Shown: positions 48,199 to 57,023 of the stretch, piece by piece
How the letters are laid out: every line of letters begins with the position of its first letter
How positions within the stretch are numbered: position 1 is the stretch's first letter
NCBI GenBank assembly: GCA_031370785.1
Contig: JANMQY010000079.1
Coordinates: 40,675-104,674 of the forward strand
DNA: 64,000 nt
Direction: 5' to 3'
DNA from: Candidatus Eiseniibacteriota bacterium
Lineage (GTDB): Bacteria; Eisenbacteria; RBG-16-71-46
Translations under genes and position numbers: made by a program
The notes under the pieces: model-generated
Seen by the model: the letters and a program-made list of their open reading frames with translations, nothing else
Database searches by the model: none
What the model was told of the DNA's origin: nothing

Positions 48199-48732
48199 AT
48201 GACCAGCGCAGGCGCGGTGTTCGGGAGACTCAGGACCTGGGTGGCCCCGGCCGCCGAGGCGGACTGGGATGCGCTTTACGCGGAGCAGCTGCCCCGCGTC
48301 TACAACTTCTTCCGCTACCGCGTCGGGGACGGGCCCGAGGCCGAGGATCTGACCTCGATCACGTTCGAGAAAGCATGGCGAGCGCGCGGCCGTTACCGGC
48401 GCGACCTGGCGGCGTTCTCGACCTGGCTGCTGACCATCGCACGCAACGTGGCGATCGATCATCACCGCCAGCGTCGCGACCATGCGCCGCTGGCGGCGGC
48501 CGCGCAGTTGGCCGGAGGCGAGACACCCGAGGAGCTGGCGATGCGCCGCTCCGACCGGGAACGCCTCGCCAGTTTGCTGCACTGTCTTCCGGAGCGCGAG
48601 CGCGAACTCGTGGCGCTCAAGTACGGGGCGGGACTCACCAACCGGGCGATTGCCCGGATGACGCAGCTCAGCGAATCCAACGTCGGCACCATCCTGCATC
48701 GCACGATCCAGGAGCTGCGGGCCGGCTGGTAG
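48199..48732 (+). CDS. ECF RNA polymerase sigma factor
   Basis: AEDLTSITFEKAW, FSTWLLTIARNVAID (region 2); LPERERELVALKY...EIA-like HTH, SNVGTILHR (region 4). Confidence 0.92.
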   Translation: MTSAGAVFGRLRTWVAPAAEADWDALYAEQLPRVYNFFRYRVGDGPEAEDLTSITFEKAWRARGRYRRDLAAFSTWLLTIARNVAIDHHRQRRDHAPLAAAAQLAGGETPEELAMRRSDRERLASLLHCLPERERELVALKYGAGLTNRAIARMTQLSESNVGTILHRTIQELRAGW

Positions 48733-48745
48733 AAGGAGACTCGAG

Positions 48746-49765
48746 ATGGACGACCGTTTTCTGCGTGACCATGCGCGCGACCCGGTACCTGAATTCGCGC
48801 GCGAGCTGGGCGATCGCCTGCGCCGGCAGGACGCGCCCGCGCTGGCTGGGCGGCGCTGGTCGATGCTGCCGGTGCGTGCGGCGCTCGGAACCGCCTTTGC
48901 GGTGGTGCTGATCGGCAGCCTGTTCGCATTCCCCGCCGCGCGCGACCAGGCGCAGGCGTTCCTCGACCAGTTCCGGGTGCGCAACTTCGCGGCGGTTTCG
49001 TTCGACATGGATCGGGTGCGCCAGCTGGAAGAGGGCAAGCTCGACCTGAAGGCGCTGCTCAGCGATCGGGTCGAGTCGCTGAAGGAACCGGGTACGCCTA
49101 AGGTCTACCCTTCGGCTCAGGCGGCCGGCGCCGCGGCCGGATTCCCCGCGGCCGTGCCCGGGATGCTGCCTGCCGGTCTCACCGCCGACACCGTGCTGGT
49201 GCGCGGTGAGGGCGCGGCGCGGCTCACGGTCGACGTGCCGCGGCTGCAGCAGGTGCTGGATGCGCTCGAACTGAGCGACGTGCGCATCCCGGCGAACCTG
49301 AACGGGGCGCAGGTCACCGTGCGCATGCCGCAGGCGGTGGTGCAGACCTTCACCAGCAACAGCCGGGAGGTCGTGCTGCTGCAGTCGCGCAGCCCGGAGG
49401 TCTCGCTTCCTCCGGGCGCCGACCTCGCGCAGCTCGGAGAGATCGGACTGCGCGTGCTCGGCCTGGATGCGACCGAGGCCCACCGCTTCGCGAGCAGCAT
49501 CGACTGGCACAGCACGTTTCTGGTGCCGGTGCCGGCGAAAGAGGCCGAGTTCCGTCAGGTCGTGGTGAACGGCCACCCCGCGCTGATGGTGACCGCGAAG
49601 CCGGACGCCGGGCGGCCGCGGAAACCCGGGGTCGAACGCGAGGGCAGATGGCACGACGGCCGGGCGCGAAACGTTCTGCTGTGGTCCGACGGCGACATGG
49701 TGTATGCCCTGTGTGGCAACCTGAACAGCGTGGACCTGATGCAGATGGCCGACTCCATCCGGTAA
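48746..49765 (+). CDS. Putative single-TM anti-sigma factor
   Basis: AAGGAG RBS; short cytoplasmic N-terminus, one TM, extracytoplasmic domain ending LLWSDGDMVYAL...DLMQMADSIR. Directly follows the ECF gene. Confidence 0.75.
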   Translation: MDDRFLRDHARDPVPEFARELGDRLRRQDAPALAGRRWSMLPVRAALGTAFAVVLIGSLFAFPAARDQAQAFLDQFRVRNFAAVSFDMDRVRQLEEGKLDLKALLSDRVESLKEPGTPKVYPSAQAAGAAAGFPAAVPGMLPAGLTADTVLVRGEGAARLTVDVPRLQQVLDALELSDVRIPANLNGAQVTVRMPQAVVQTFTSNSREVVLLQSRSPEVSLPPGADLAQLGEIGLRVLGLDATEAHRFASSIDWHSTFLVPVPAKEAEFRQVVVNGHPALMVTAKPDAGRPRKPGVEREGRWHDGRARNVLLWSDGDMVYALCGNLNSVDLMQMADSIR

Positions 49766-49774
49766 GCGGGGCGA

Positions 49775-50695
49775 ATGGTCGCCAGCGTCGTCGAGACTCA
49801 CGGGCTGCGCAGGCAGTTCGGAAGCAAGGTCGCAGTCGAAGATCTCTCCCTGACAGTCGGACGCGGGGAGATTTTCGGCTTTCTGGGCCCGAACGGCGCG
49901 GGCAAGACCACCTCGCTCAAGATGCTGCTCGGGCTCGTGCCTCCCTCGGCCGGCAGCGCGACCGTGCTCGGCGCACCGCTCGGCGACCGCCGCACGCGTG
50001 CGAAGCTCGGCTTCTTGCCCGAGCACTTCCGCTTCCACGACTGGCTGACCGGGCGCGAGCTGCTCGAATTTCACGGACGCCTCTACGGCATCCCCGGGCA
50101 CCGGCTCGCGCCGCGCATCGAGGCGCTGCTCGCACGCGTGGACCTGGCCGATGCCGCGCATCGCCGGCTGCGCGAATACAGCAAGGGCATGCTCCAGCGC
50201 ATCGGGCTTGCGCAGGCCCTGCTCAACGATCCCGAACTGGTGTTCCTGGACGAGCCTACCTCGGGACTCGATCCGCTGGGACGCCTGCTGGTGCGCGACA
50301 TCATCGACGAGCTGCGCCGCGCGGGAACCTCGGTGTTCCTGAACTCGCACCTGCTCGGTGAAGTCGAGGCCACCTGCGACCGGGTGGTGTTCGTGAAGGC
50401 GGGGCGCGCCGTGCACGAGCTCAAGCTCGGCGTGAGCGCGGGCGCGGATCTGGCGGTCGAGCTGCGCCTCGGGGCCCATGGCGCCGAGATCGTCCAGGGG
50501 CTCGCGCGCTTCGGCCAGATCGTCGCGGCGAGCGACGATCTGGTGCGGCTGCGGATCGAGCGCGACGAGACGCTGCCCGAGATCGCGCGCTGGCTCGTCG
50601 AGCGCGCCGTGCCGCTCTACGAGATGCGCGCGCAGCGCAAGTCGCTCGAGACCTGGTTCCTCGAGGTCATGGGCGAAGACCAGCGGCCGGGGTGA
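49775..50695 (+). CDS. ABC exporter ATP-binding protein
   Basis: GPNGAGKTT, YSKGMLQR, LDEPTSGLDP, NSH. Confidence 0.93.
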   Translation: MVASVVETHGLRRQFGSKVAVEDLSLTVGRGEIFGFLGPNGAGKTTSLKMLLGLVPPSAGSATVLGAPLGDRRTRAKLGFLPEHFRFHDWLTGRELLEFHGRLYGIPGHRLAPRIEALLARVDLADAAHRRLREYSKGMLQRIGLAQALLNDPELVFLDEPTSGLDPLGRLLVRDIIDELRRAGTSVFLNSHLLGEVEATCDRVVFVKAGRAVHELKLGVSAGADLAVELRLGAHGAEIVQGLARFGQIVAASDDLVRLRIERDETLPEIARWLVERAVPLYEMRAQRKSLETWFLEVMGEDQRPG

Positions 50696-51540
50696 TCGCG
50701 ATGCGTCCATTTCTCGTCATGGTTCACCTGACCCTGCACGAAGCGCTGCGCCGCCGGGTGCTGCTCGTGGTGCTGGTGTGCGGGCTGGCGTTCCTGACCC
50801 TCTACGGCATCGGCTTCCATTACGTCGAGCGCGATCTCGCGCGCCATGCGAGCGCGATGTCGCGATTCCAGCACCGCATGATGCTCAACTTTTTCATTCT
50901 CGCGGGGCTTTACGCGGTCAATTTCCTCACGATCATGACCGCGGTGCTTCTTCCGGTGGACACGCTGGCCGGCGAGATCGGCTCGGGAGTGATGCAGACC
51001 CTGGCCGCGAAACCCATCCGCCGCTCGGACATCGTGCTCGGCAAGTGGGCCGCGCACGTGCTGCTGGTCGCCGGCTACCTGCTGCTCATGGCGGGCGGCG
51101 TGCTGGTGGTGGCGCGCGCGCTCAGCGGCGTGACGCCGCCAGGGATCGCGATCGGCCTGCCGCTGATGATGCTCGAAGGCGCGCTGCTGGTGACTCTTTC
51201 GATCGCGGGCGGCACGCGATTCAGCACGGTCACCAACGGGGTCGCGGTGTTCGGGCTCTACGGGCTCGCGTTCATCGGAAGCTGGGTCGAGCAGATCGGC
51301 ACGCTCTCGGGGAACCAGGCGGCGCGCAACGTCGGCACGGTCGCGAGCCTGATCATGCCGAGCGAGGCGCTATGGCAGCTCGCCGCACACCACATGCAGC
51401 CGGCGATCATGCGCGACCTGCACCTGACACCATTCTCACCAGCCTCGGTGCCGAGCGCGGCGATGGTGGCGTGGGCCGCCGGCTACCTCGTGCTCGTCCT
51501 GCTGGTCGCGCTCGGCCAGTTCAGGAAGCGCGCGCTCTAG
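50692..51540 (+). CDS. ABC-2 type exporter permease
   Basis: About 6 TMs, EIGSGVMQTLAAKPIRRSDIVLGKW, C-terminal FRKRAL. Confidence 0.9.
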   Translation: MIAMRPFLVMVHLTLHEALRRRVLLVVLVCGLAFLTLYGIGFHYVERDLARHASAMSRFQHRMMLNFFILAGLYAVNFLTIMTAVLLPVDTLAGEIGSGVMQTLAAKPIRRSDIVLGKWAAHVLLVAGYLLLMAGGVLVVARALSGVTPPGIAIGLPLMMLEGALLVTLSIAGGTRFSTVTNGVAVFGLYGLAFIGSWVEQIGTLSGNQAARNVGTVASLIMPSEALWQLAAHHMQPAIMRDLHLTPFSPASVPSAAMVAWAAGYLVLVLLVALGQFRKRAL

Positions 51541-51546
51541 CGCGGG

Positions 51547-51605
51547 GAACTCGCTCTGGAGCGAGTTGCACACCGGCGCACCTCAACTGGCTCTGAAGCC
51601 AGTTG
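51547..51605. repeat. Pair of 22-bp palindromes between convergent genes
   Basis: GAACT-CGCTCTGGAGCG-AGTTG (51547-51568), 15-nt spacer, CAACT-GGCTCTGAAGCC-AGTTG (51584-51605). Confidence 0.75.
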
Positions 51606-51608
51606 CAC

Positions 51609-52514
51609 CTACTGAACGTCGGGCGGGGTCACGTCCCAGCCTTCGGGGGGCGGGGCCTCGTTGCTCGATGCCTTCGGCTTCTTGCCGCAGTTGCAGTCGC
51701 CGCACTGGTGGTAGGGCCCCGGCGGCAGATCGGCGTAGGCGATTCGATGCTCGGCGCCGTCGCTGTCGCGGATCCACACCGCCTCCTGATAGGTCTCGGT
51801 GCGAATCACCGTGCACACGCCCTGTCCGGTCTTGAGCTGGGCGCCCGCGGGCGGAAGCTTTTCGGCGCTGTCGCGGTACTGCGCGAGCTCGTAGGCGAGG
51901 CAGCACATGAGCCGTCCGCACACTCCCGAGATCTTGCTCGGGTTGAGCGAGAGCTGCTGCTCGCGCGCCATGCGCAGCGTCACCGGATGGAAGTCCTTGA
52001 GCCAGGTCGAGCAGCAGAATGCGCGCCCGCACGGGCCGCACCCGTCCAGGCGCTTGGCCTGATCGCGCACCCCGATCTGACGCAGCTCGATCCGGGTCTG
52101 GAACTTCGCCGCCAGGTCCTTGACCAGGTCGCGGAAATCCACGCGGTGCTCGGCGGAGAAGTAGAACGTGATGCGGTGCCCGCTGAACGCGACCTCGACC
52201 TCGGAAAGGTCCATCGTCAGCTCGCGGGTCTCGATGCGCTTGCGGCACCAGTCGAAAGCCTCGCGCTCGCGCAGGCGGTTGTGGTCGATCTGGTCCAGGT
52301 CTTCCTCGGTGGCCTTGCGGATGATTTCGCGGGCCACGTTGCCGGGGCGCTTGAGCTGCACCAGCATCTGGTCCTTGAGGAAGACCAGGCCGTCGCTCTC
52401 GCCGTTCTCGGCCTGCACGATCACGGGATCGCGCAGCTTGAGCCAGAGATTCCGGGAATTGAGGAAGCATTCCTTCTTCGAGCCGCGCAGGGCCACCTGC
52501 ACGATATCCGACAT
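51609..52514 (-). CDS. ricT: PSP1-domain protein RicT (YaaT)
   Basis: RVDFRDLVKDLA, RIELRQIGVRD, GPCGRAFCCSTW, MAREQQLSLNPSKISGVCGRLMCCLAYE. Confidence 0.93.
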   Translation of the reverse strand: MSDIVQVALRGSKKECFLNSRNLWLKLRDPVIVQAENGESDGLVFLKDQMLVQLKRPGNVAREIIRKATEEDLDQIDHNRLREREAFDWCRKRIETRELTMDLSEVEVAFSGHRITFYFSAEHRVDFRDLVKDLAAKFQTRIELRQIGVRDQAKRLDGCGPCGRAFCCSTWLKDFHPVTLRMAREQQLSLNPSKISGVCGRLMCCLAYELAQYRDSAEKLPPAGAQLKTGQGVCTVIRTETYQEAVWIRDSDGAEHRIAYADLPPGPYHQCGDCNCGKKPKASSNEAPPPEGWDVTPPDVQ

Positions 52515-52711
52515 CCGAAACCTCTATGGGCGACTGGGAGTCGCCTGAAACGCCGGCTCGAGAATCCGACGGGTCGGTTTTCCAGCGGATCCGGCAGTTC
52601 GCGAATGCAGCGCCGGGCCGCCTTCGAGCGGTGAATCCGGACGCGGTGCCGCGCGTGCTGCCGGCTATCGAAAGATCCCGGTTGCCAGGGACCAGAAATT
52701 GGAACGCCGCC

Positions 52712-52740
52712 AGCATAGCGCACCGCAGGCCGCCTTGCAG
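52712..52740 (-). promoter_or_regulatory. Candidate sigma70 promoter for ricT
   Basis: Minus strand CTGCAA-N17-TATGCT, about 200 nt upstream of the ricT ATG. Confidence 0.4.
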
Positions 52741-52760
52741 CAATCCGGCGTGCGCGCCGC

Positions 52761-55445
52761 CTAGCCGGACGGCGCCGGTCCCGAGCCGTCGAGGACCTGG
52801 CGCAGCGTCTGAAGGAGCGCCTTGCCGCCGTACGGTTTCGGCAGGAACGCCGCGGCCCCGCCGGTCAGCGCCTCCGGGCTGTCCAGCGATTCGGCGGAGA
52901 ACCCGCTCGACAGGATCACGCGCAGTCCCGGGGCGATCTCGCGCAGGACGGCCTGCACTTCGAGCCCCGAGCGCCCCGGCATGCTGAGATCGAGCAGCAC
53001 GACCTGGATGTCGGCCGCGTGCGCGCGGACGGTCTCGATCGCCTCGTCTCCGGTGCGGGCGACCATCACCCGATAGCCGGAACCCGAAAGCGTTTTTGCG
53101 GCCAGCTGGCGCACCACCTGCTCGTCGTCCACCACCAGCACGGTCTCGGTGCCGCCCTGCGGGCGATCCGCCTTTCGCCGCGCCGGCAGCACGCGCTCGA
53201 CCGAGCGCGGCAGCATCACGCGGAAGGTGGCCCCCTTCCCGACCGCGCTCTCGACCTCGATCCAGCCGCGATGGTTGGAGACGATGCCGTAGGCCATCGA
53301 GAGGCCGAGCCCGGTGCCGACGCCGACCGACTTGGTGGTGAAGAACGGCTCGAAGATGCGCGGGATCACCTCCGGCGCCATGCCGCAGCCGGTATCGGCC
53401 ACGCCGATCTCCACGAATTCTCCGGAGCGGGCCTCGGGATGGGTGCGCGGCGATTGCTCGTCAATCGCCAGGTTACGCGTCCAGATCGTGAGCGTGCCGC
53501 CGTCGGGCATTGCGTCGCGCGCGTTCACGCACAGGTTCATCAGCACCTGCTGGATCTGTCCCGGGTCTGCCATCGCGCTCCACGCGTCGTTCTCGAGCTC
53601 GACCTTGAGTCGCACCCGAGAGGGCAGCGTCCGGTGCAGCAGCGCGGCGGTCTCTGCGACCGTGTCGTTGAGCAGCGTGGGCTCGGGATGGCTCGCCAGC
53701 CGGCGGCTGAATGCGAGCAGTCCGCGGGTGAGATCGGCGCAGCGTTCGGCGGCGCGCAGCGCGAGGCGCACGTGCTCCTGGCGCGGGTCGGCGCCGTCCA
53801 GCTCGTGGGCGAGCAGGTCCAGGTGGCCCATCACCCCGGTGAGCTGATTGTTGAAGTCGTGCGCCACCCCGCCCGCCAGCGTGCCCACCGTCTCCATCTT
53901 CTGCGCGTGCGCGAGCTGCCGCTCGAGATCGCGATGATCGGTGATGTCCGCCATCGATCCGACCATGGCGATGGCCTCGCCCTCGGGCGCGTAGCTGAAG
54001 AACGCGCGATCCCGGATCACGCGCCAGCGTCCGTCCGCGTGGCGCAGACGGTACTCGCAGTCGAACATGCGCCGCTCGTTCCGGCACGATGCCATCTCGG
54101 ACATGACCCGCGCGAGGTCGTCGGGATGGAGCCGCTTCTCCCATTCCTCGATACGATCCGGGAACGAGCTTGCCGAATAGCCGAGCACGGCCCCGAGGCT
54201 GCCGCTGCGCCGTGACTCGCCGGTCGCGATGTTCCACTCGTACACGATCTGGCCGGTCGCGGTCGCGACCGTCTGGAATCGCTCGCCCCAGTCGCGCAGC
54301 TCGTCGATGCGCCGCTGCAGCTCGCGACGGTCCTGGATCACCGCGACCACCGCATCGAACGGCTCGCCGGGCGAGGTGATCACCGGCGCCGCGGCGATGT
54401 ACACCGGGATACGCGTGCCGTCCTCGCGGATGTAGACGAGGTCTTCGAATTCTGCGGGGAGACCGCTGCGCATGACCACGGGAATCGGGCGCTCTTCGGG
54501 CGGGCACGGCGAGCCGTCGAGGTGCTCGAACTCCACCTGATCGAGATGGAGGGAGATGGCGTCGCCGGATTCGAGCGGAAAGCCGGACATCTCGGCGGCC
54601 TTGGGGTTCGCGAACAGTAGCCGCCGGTCGGTGCGCGAAACGGCGACGATCGCCAGCGGCAGCGCACGGAGCACCGCGTCGAACAGCGCCCGGGTCCGGG
54701 TCAGCTCGGTCTCGGTCGTCTCGATCCGGTCGGCCATGCGATCGAACGCCTCCCCGGCGCGGCGGATCTCGTCCCGGCCCCTGACGCCGCTGCGAGCCGA
54801 CAGATCGCCCTGGCCCAGGCGGTCCGCCGCCTGCGCGATCGCGAACGCCGGCCGCAGCACCCGCGCTTCGAGCAGCAGCCACAGCGCGCCGAGGACGAGG
54901 CCGCTGAACAGCACGATCCACAGGGCTTCGAACAGCGCCTCGCGCATCGCCCCCGCGTAGGCGGACCTGTAGTCGAACAGCAGCAGCAGGTGAAAGGTGC
55001 CCTGCGCCGCGTGGACCGCGCAGGCGCCGAGCGCCCGGTGATCGGGGAGCGCCGTGACATGCAGCGAGTCGGATGTGAACCCGGTGGCGATGTCGGGCTG
55101 GTCGCGCGCGAGCGCGGTCTCAGCGATCGGTTGTCCGCGCCAGCGCGAGTCCGACGCACCCATCACGATCCCACGATCATCCACCAGCGCGACACCACCG
55201 ATGCTCGGCGTCAGCTCGACGAACTCCCGGAACATCGGATCGGGGGCCACCCCGGCATCGAGCAGGCGCTCGACCCCGAGCGCGAGCCGCTGCGTCGCCA
55301 TCTTTGCCACCGAGATCGTGTCGTGGCCCGTGTGACGCCGCACCAGCAGCACATCGACCGAGATGTGAGCGATGAGCAGCGCGACCCCGACGATGACCAC
55401 CACTCGCGCGAACTGCTGGCGTATCCCTGCGGTGGCCGGTGTCAT
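52761..55445 (-). CDS. Hybrid sensor kinase (2TM-HAMP-PAS-PAS-HisKA-HATPase-REC)
   Basis: GRDEIRR...FDRMA (HAMP), LHPDD and EYRLRHADG (PAS), QKMETVGTLAGGVAHDFNN, NLCVNARDAM, FEPFFTTK, VVDDE...LDLSMP...KPY. Start at MTPATAG inferred. Confidence 0.93.
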   Translation of the reverse strand: MTPATAGIRQQFARVVVIVGVALLIAHISVDVLLVRRHTGHDTISVAKMATQRLALGVERLLDAGVAPDPMFREFVELTPSIGGVALVDDRGIVMGASDSRWRGQPIAETALARDQPDIATGFTSDSLHVTALPDHRALGACAVHAAQGTFHLLLLFDYRSAYAGAMREALFEALWIVLFSGLVLGALWLLLEARVLRPAFAIAQAADRLGQGDLSARSGVRGRDEIRRAGEAFDRMADRIETTETELTRTRALFDAVLRALPLAIVAVSRTDRRLLFANPKAAEMSGFPLESGDAISLHLDQVEFEHLDGSPCPPEERPIPVVMRSGLPAEFEDLVYIREDGTRIPVYIAAAPVITSPGEPFDAVVAVIQDRRELQRRIDELRDWGERFQTVATATGQIVYEWNIATGESRRSGSLGAVLGYSASSFPDRIEEWEKRLHPDDLARVMSEMASCRNERRMFDCEYRLRHADGRWRVIRDRAFFSYAPEGEAIAMVGSMADITDHRDLERQLAHAQKMETVGTLAGGVAHDFNNQLTGVMGHLDLLAHELDGADPRQEHVRLALRAAERCADLTRGLLAFSRRLASHPEPTLLNDTVAETAALLHRTLPSRVRLKVELENDAWSAMADPGQIQQVLMNLCVNARDAMPDGGTLTIWTRNLAIDEQSPRTHPEARSGEFVEIGVADTGCGMAPEVIPRIFEPFFTTKSVGVGTGLGLSMAYGIVSNHRGWIEVESAVGKGATFRVMLPRSVERVLPARRKADRPQGGTETVLVVDDEQVVRQLAAKTLSGSGYRVMVARTGDEAIETVRAHAADIQVVLLDLSMPGRSGLEVQAVLREIAPGLRVILSSGFSAESLDSPEALTGGAAAFLPKPYGGKALLQTLRQVLDGSGPAPSG

Positions 55446-55730
55446 GGGTGGTCGCGGCAGCTCCCGTCCAGTGTCGGGACGTCGACGTCCGCCTGGGTTG
55501 CGCGGAAACGCCCGTCCACCTGGGACACTCCCGCGGAGTCTGGGAACGGGAGGATCAGCGCACGGGACGATGCGCCCCGGGCTCGGCGGCGGCAAGACAT
55601 TCATGGATGCGAGAGCCGTTCTCGCACGCGTGCATGCCTCAAAAAATGTTCGATACCCCGAGGAAGAGCCCGGTCGATCCGCCACACTCGATTCGGCCCC
55701 TGGGTCTGCGGACGAGCGTGTGGGGATCGC

Positions 55731-56981
55731 TCAATAGTCCCAGCGACCGGTCGCGTGCGCCGGCCAGCCACCTTCGCCCAGTCGCTCGCCGGCAATGCGC
55801 GCTGCGCCCGAGAACAGCGCGAGGTCGGCCGAGACGTTGCCCTCGATGGCGCGCAGCATCTCTTCCAGCACCATCAGCCGGCGCCGGATCTCGGTGGCGT
55901 CGAGCCGGGCGGCCTGGCGGCGCAGGTCGCTCTCGCGATCGCGGTTGACCAGCGTTTCGCGCGGGGCGTCGTAGCGCGCGCGCAAGAGGTCTCGCAGCCA
56001 CAGATGATGGAACTCGATCAGGCGGCGCAGCGTCTCGCGCCCTGCCCGGCCGAACCGGGTGTAGCCCTGCGCCGCCTTCCACAACCCGGGCCCGTCTCCG
56101 CGCAGCGCCGGCTCGAGCAGCTCCAGCGCTTCGTTGCGAGACTTCACGGGGTCCTCCTCGCGCAGCACGATCGCGCGCGCCAGCGAGCCGCCGGAGAGCG
56201 CGGCCAGCATGCGCGCCTGGAGCTTCGGCACCCCGAGCGCGTTCTCGAGCGTCCCGGCGATCAACGGCTCGCCGAGCGGCGCGAAGCGCACCCGCTGGCA
56301 GCGCGAGCGGATCGTGGCCGGCAGGCGCGCGAGCCGCGCGGTGGTGAGCACCCACACCGTCGAAGCGCCGGGCTCTTCGATCGACTTGAGGAGCGCCGAG
56401 TACTGGTCCTCGCGCATGCGCTCGGCGTCGCGCACCACGACCACGCGTCGCGTCGCCTCGTACGGCTTGTACGCCAGCTCGCGCAGCAGCTCGCGGGTGA
56501 GCGAGAGGCGGATCGAGGCGGCCTTCTCGTACTGGAACACGAACCACGGATCCTCGCGCAGCGTGGCCAGCGTCTCTCCGATGGTGTTGTCCAGCTCCTT
56601 CTCTTCGCCCGAGACCGGGAACAGGAACTTGAGGTCCGGATGCTGGAGCGCCGCGCTCTTGAGACACGCACTGCACCTGCCACAGGCGTCGTCCAGCGGA
56701 GCTGCAGCCGGCGGCGGAGCGGGATCGAGCGCGGCGGACGGAGCCGCATCGAACAGGCTCGGCGCGGCGGAGGCGCCCGGCGCGGATTTCAGCGTCGGAT
56801 CGGGGGCGGCGTGTTCGCACAGCAGCGCGCGCGCGAATGCGAGCGCGGCGGTGCCCTTGCCGACTCCGGCGGGTCCGTGAAACAGGTAGGCGTTTCCGAT
56901 CCGCCCGGATCCGACCACGCCGCGCAGGAATGCGGAGGTCTCCGGCTGTCCGAGCAGGTTCGCGAGATTCACGATCGGCAT
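55731..56981 (-). CDS. holB: DNA polymerase III subunit delta'
   Basis: AYLFHGPAGVGKG, zinc module C...CGRCSAC, HPD, LLKSIEEP, ATIRSRCQ. Confidence 0.92.
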   Translation of the reverse strand: MPIVNLANLLGQPETSAFLRGVVGSGRIGNAYLFHGPAGVGKGTAALAFARALLCEHAAPDPTLKSAPGASAAPSLFDAAPSAALDPAPPPAAAPLDDACGRCSACLKSAALQHPDLKFLFPVSGEEKELDNTIGETLATLREDPWFVFQYEKAASIRLSLTRELLRELAYKPYEATRRVVVVRDAERMREDQYSALLKSIEEPGASTVWVLTTARLARLPATIRSRCQRVRFAPLGEPLIAGTLENALGVPKLQARMLAALSGGSLARAIVLREEDPVKSRNEALELLEPALRGDGPGLWKAAQGYTRFGRAGRETLRRLIEFHHLWLRDLLRARYDAPRETLVNRDRESDLRRQAARLDATEIRRRLMVLEEMLRAIEGNVSADLALFSGAARIAGERLGEGGWPAHATGRWDY

Positions 56982-57023
56982 GCGCGGATTGTACAGGACC
57001 TGGGGGGCGAGACGGCCGCGTCT

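Noticed and set aside
55446..55730. Possible riboswitch upstream of the hybrid kinase
   Set aside because: Some hairpins and a CCCGTCCA repeat are present, but I recognise no riboswitch consensus.
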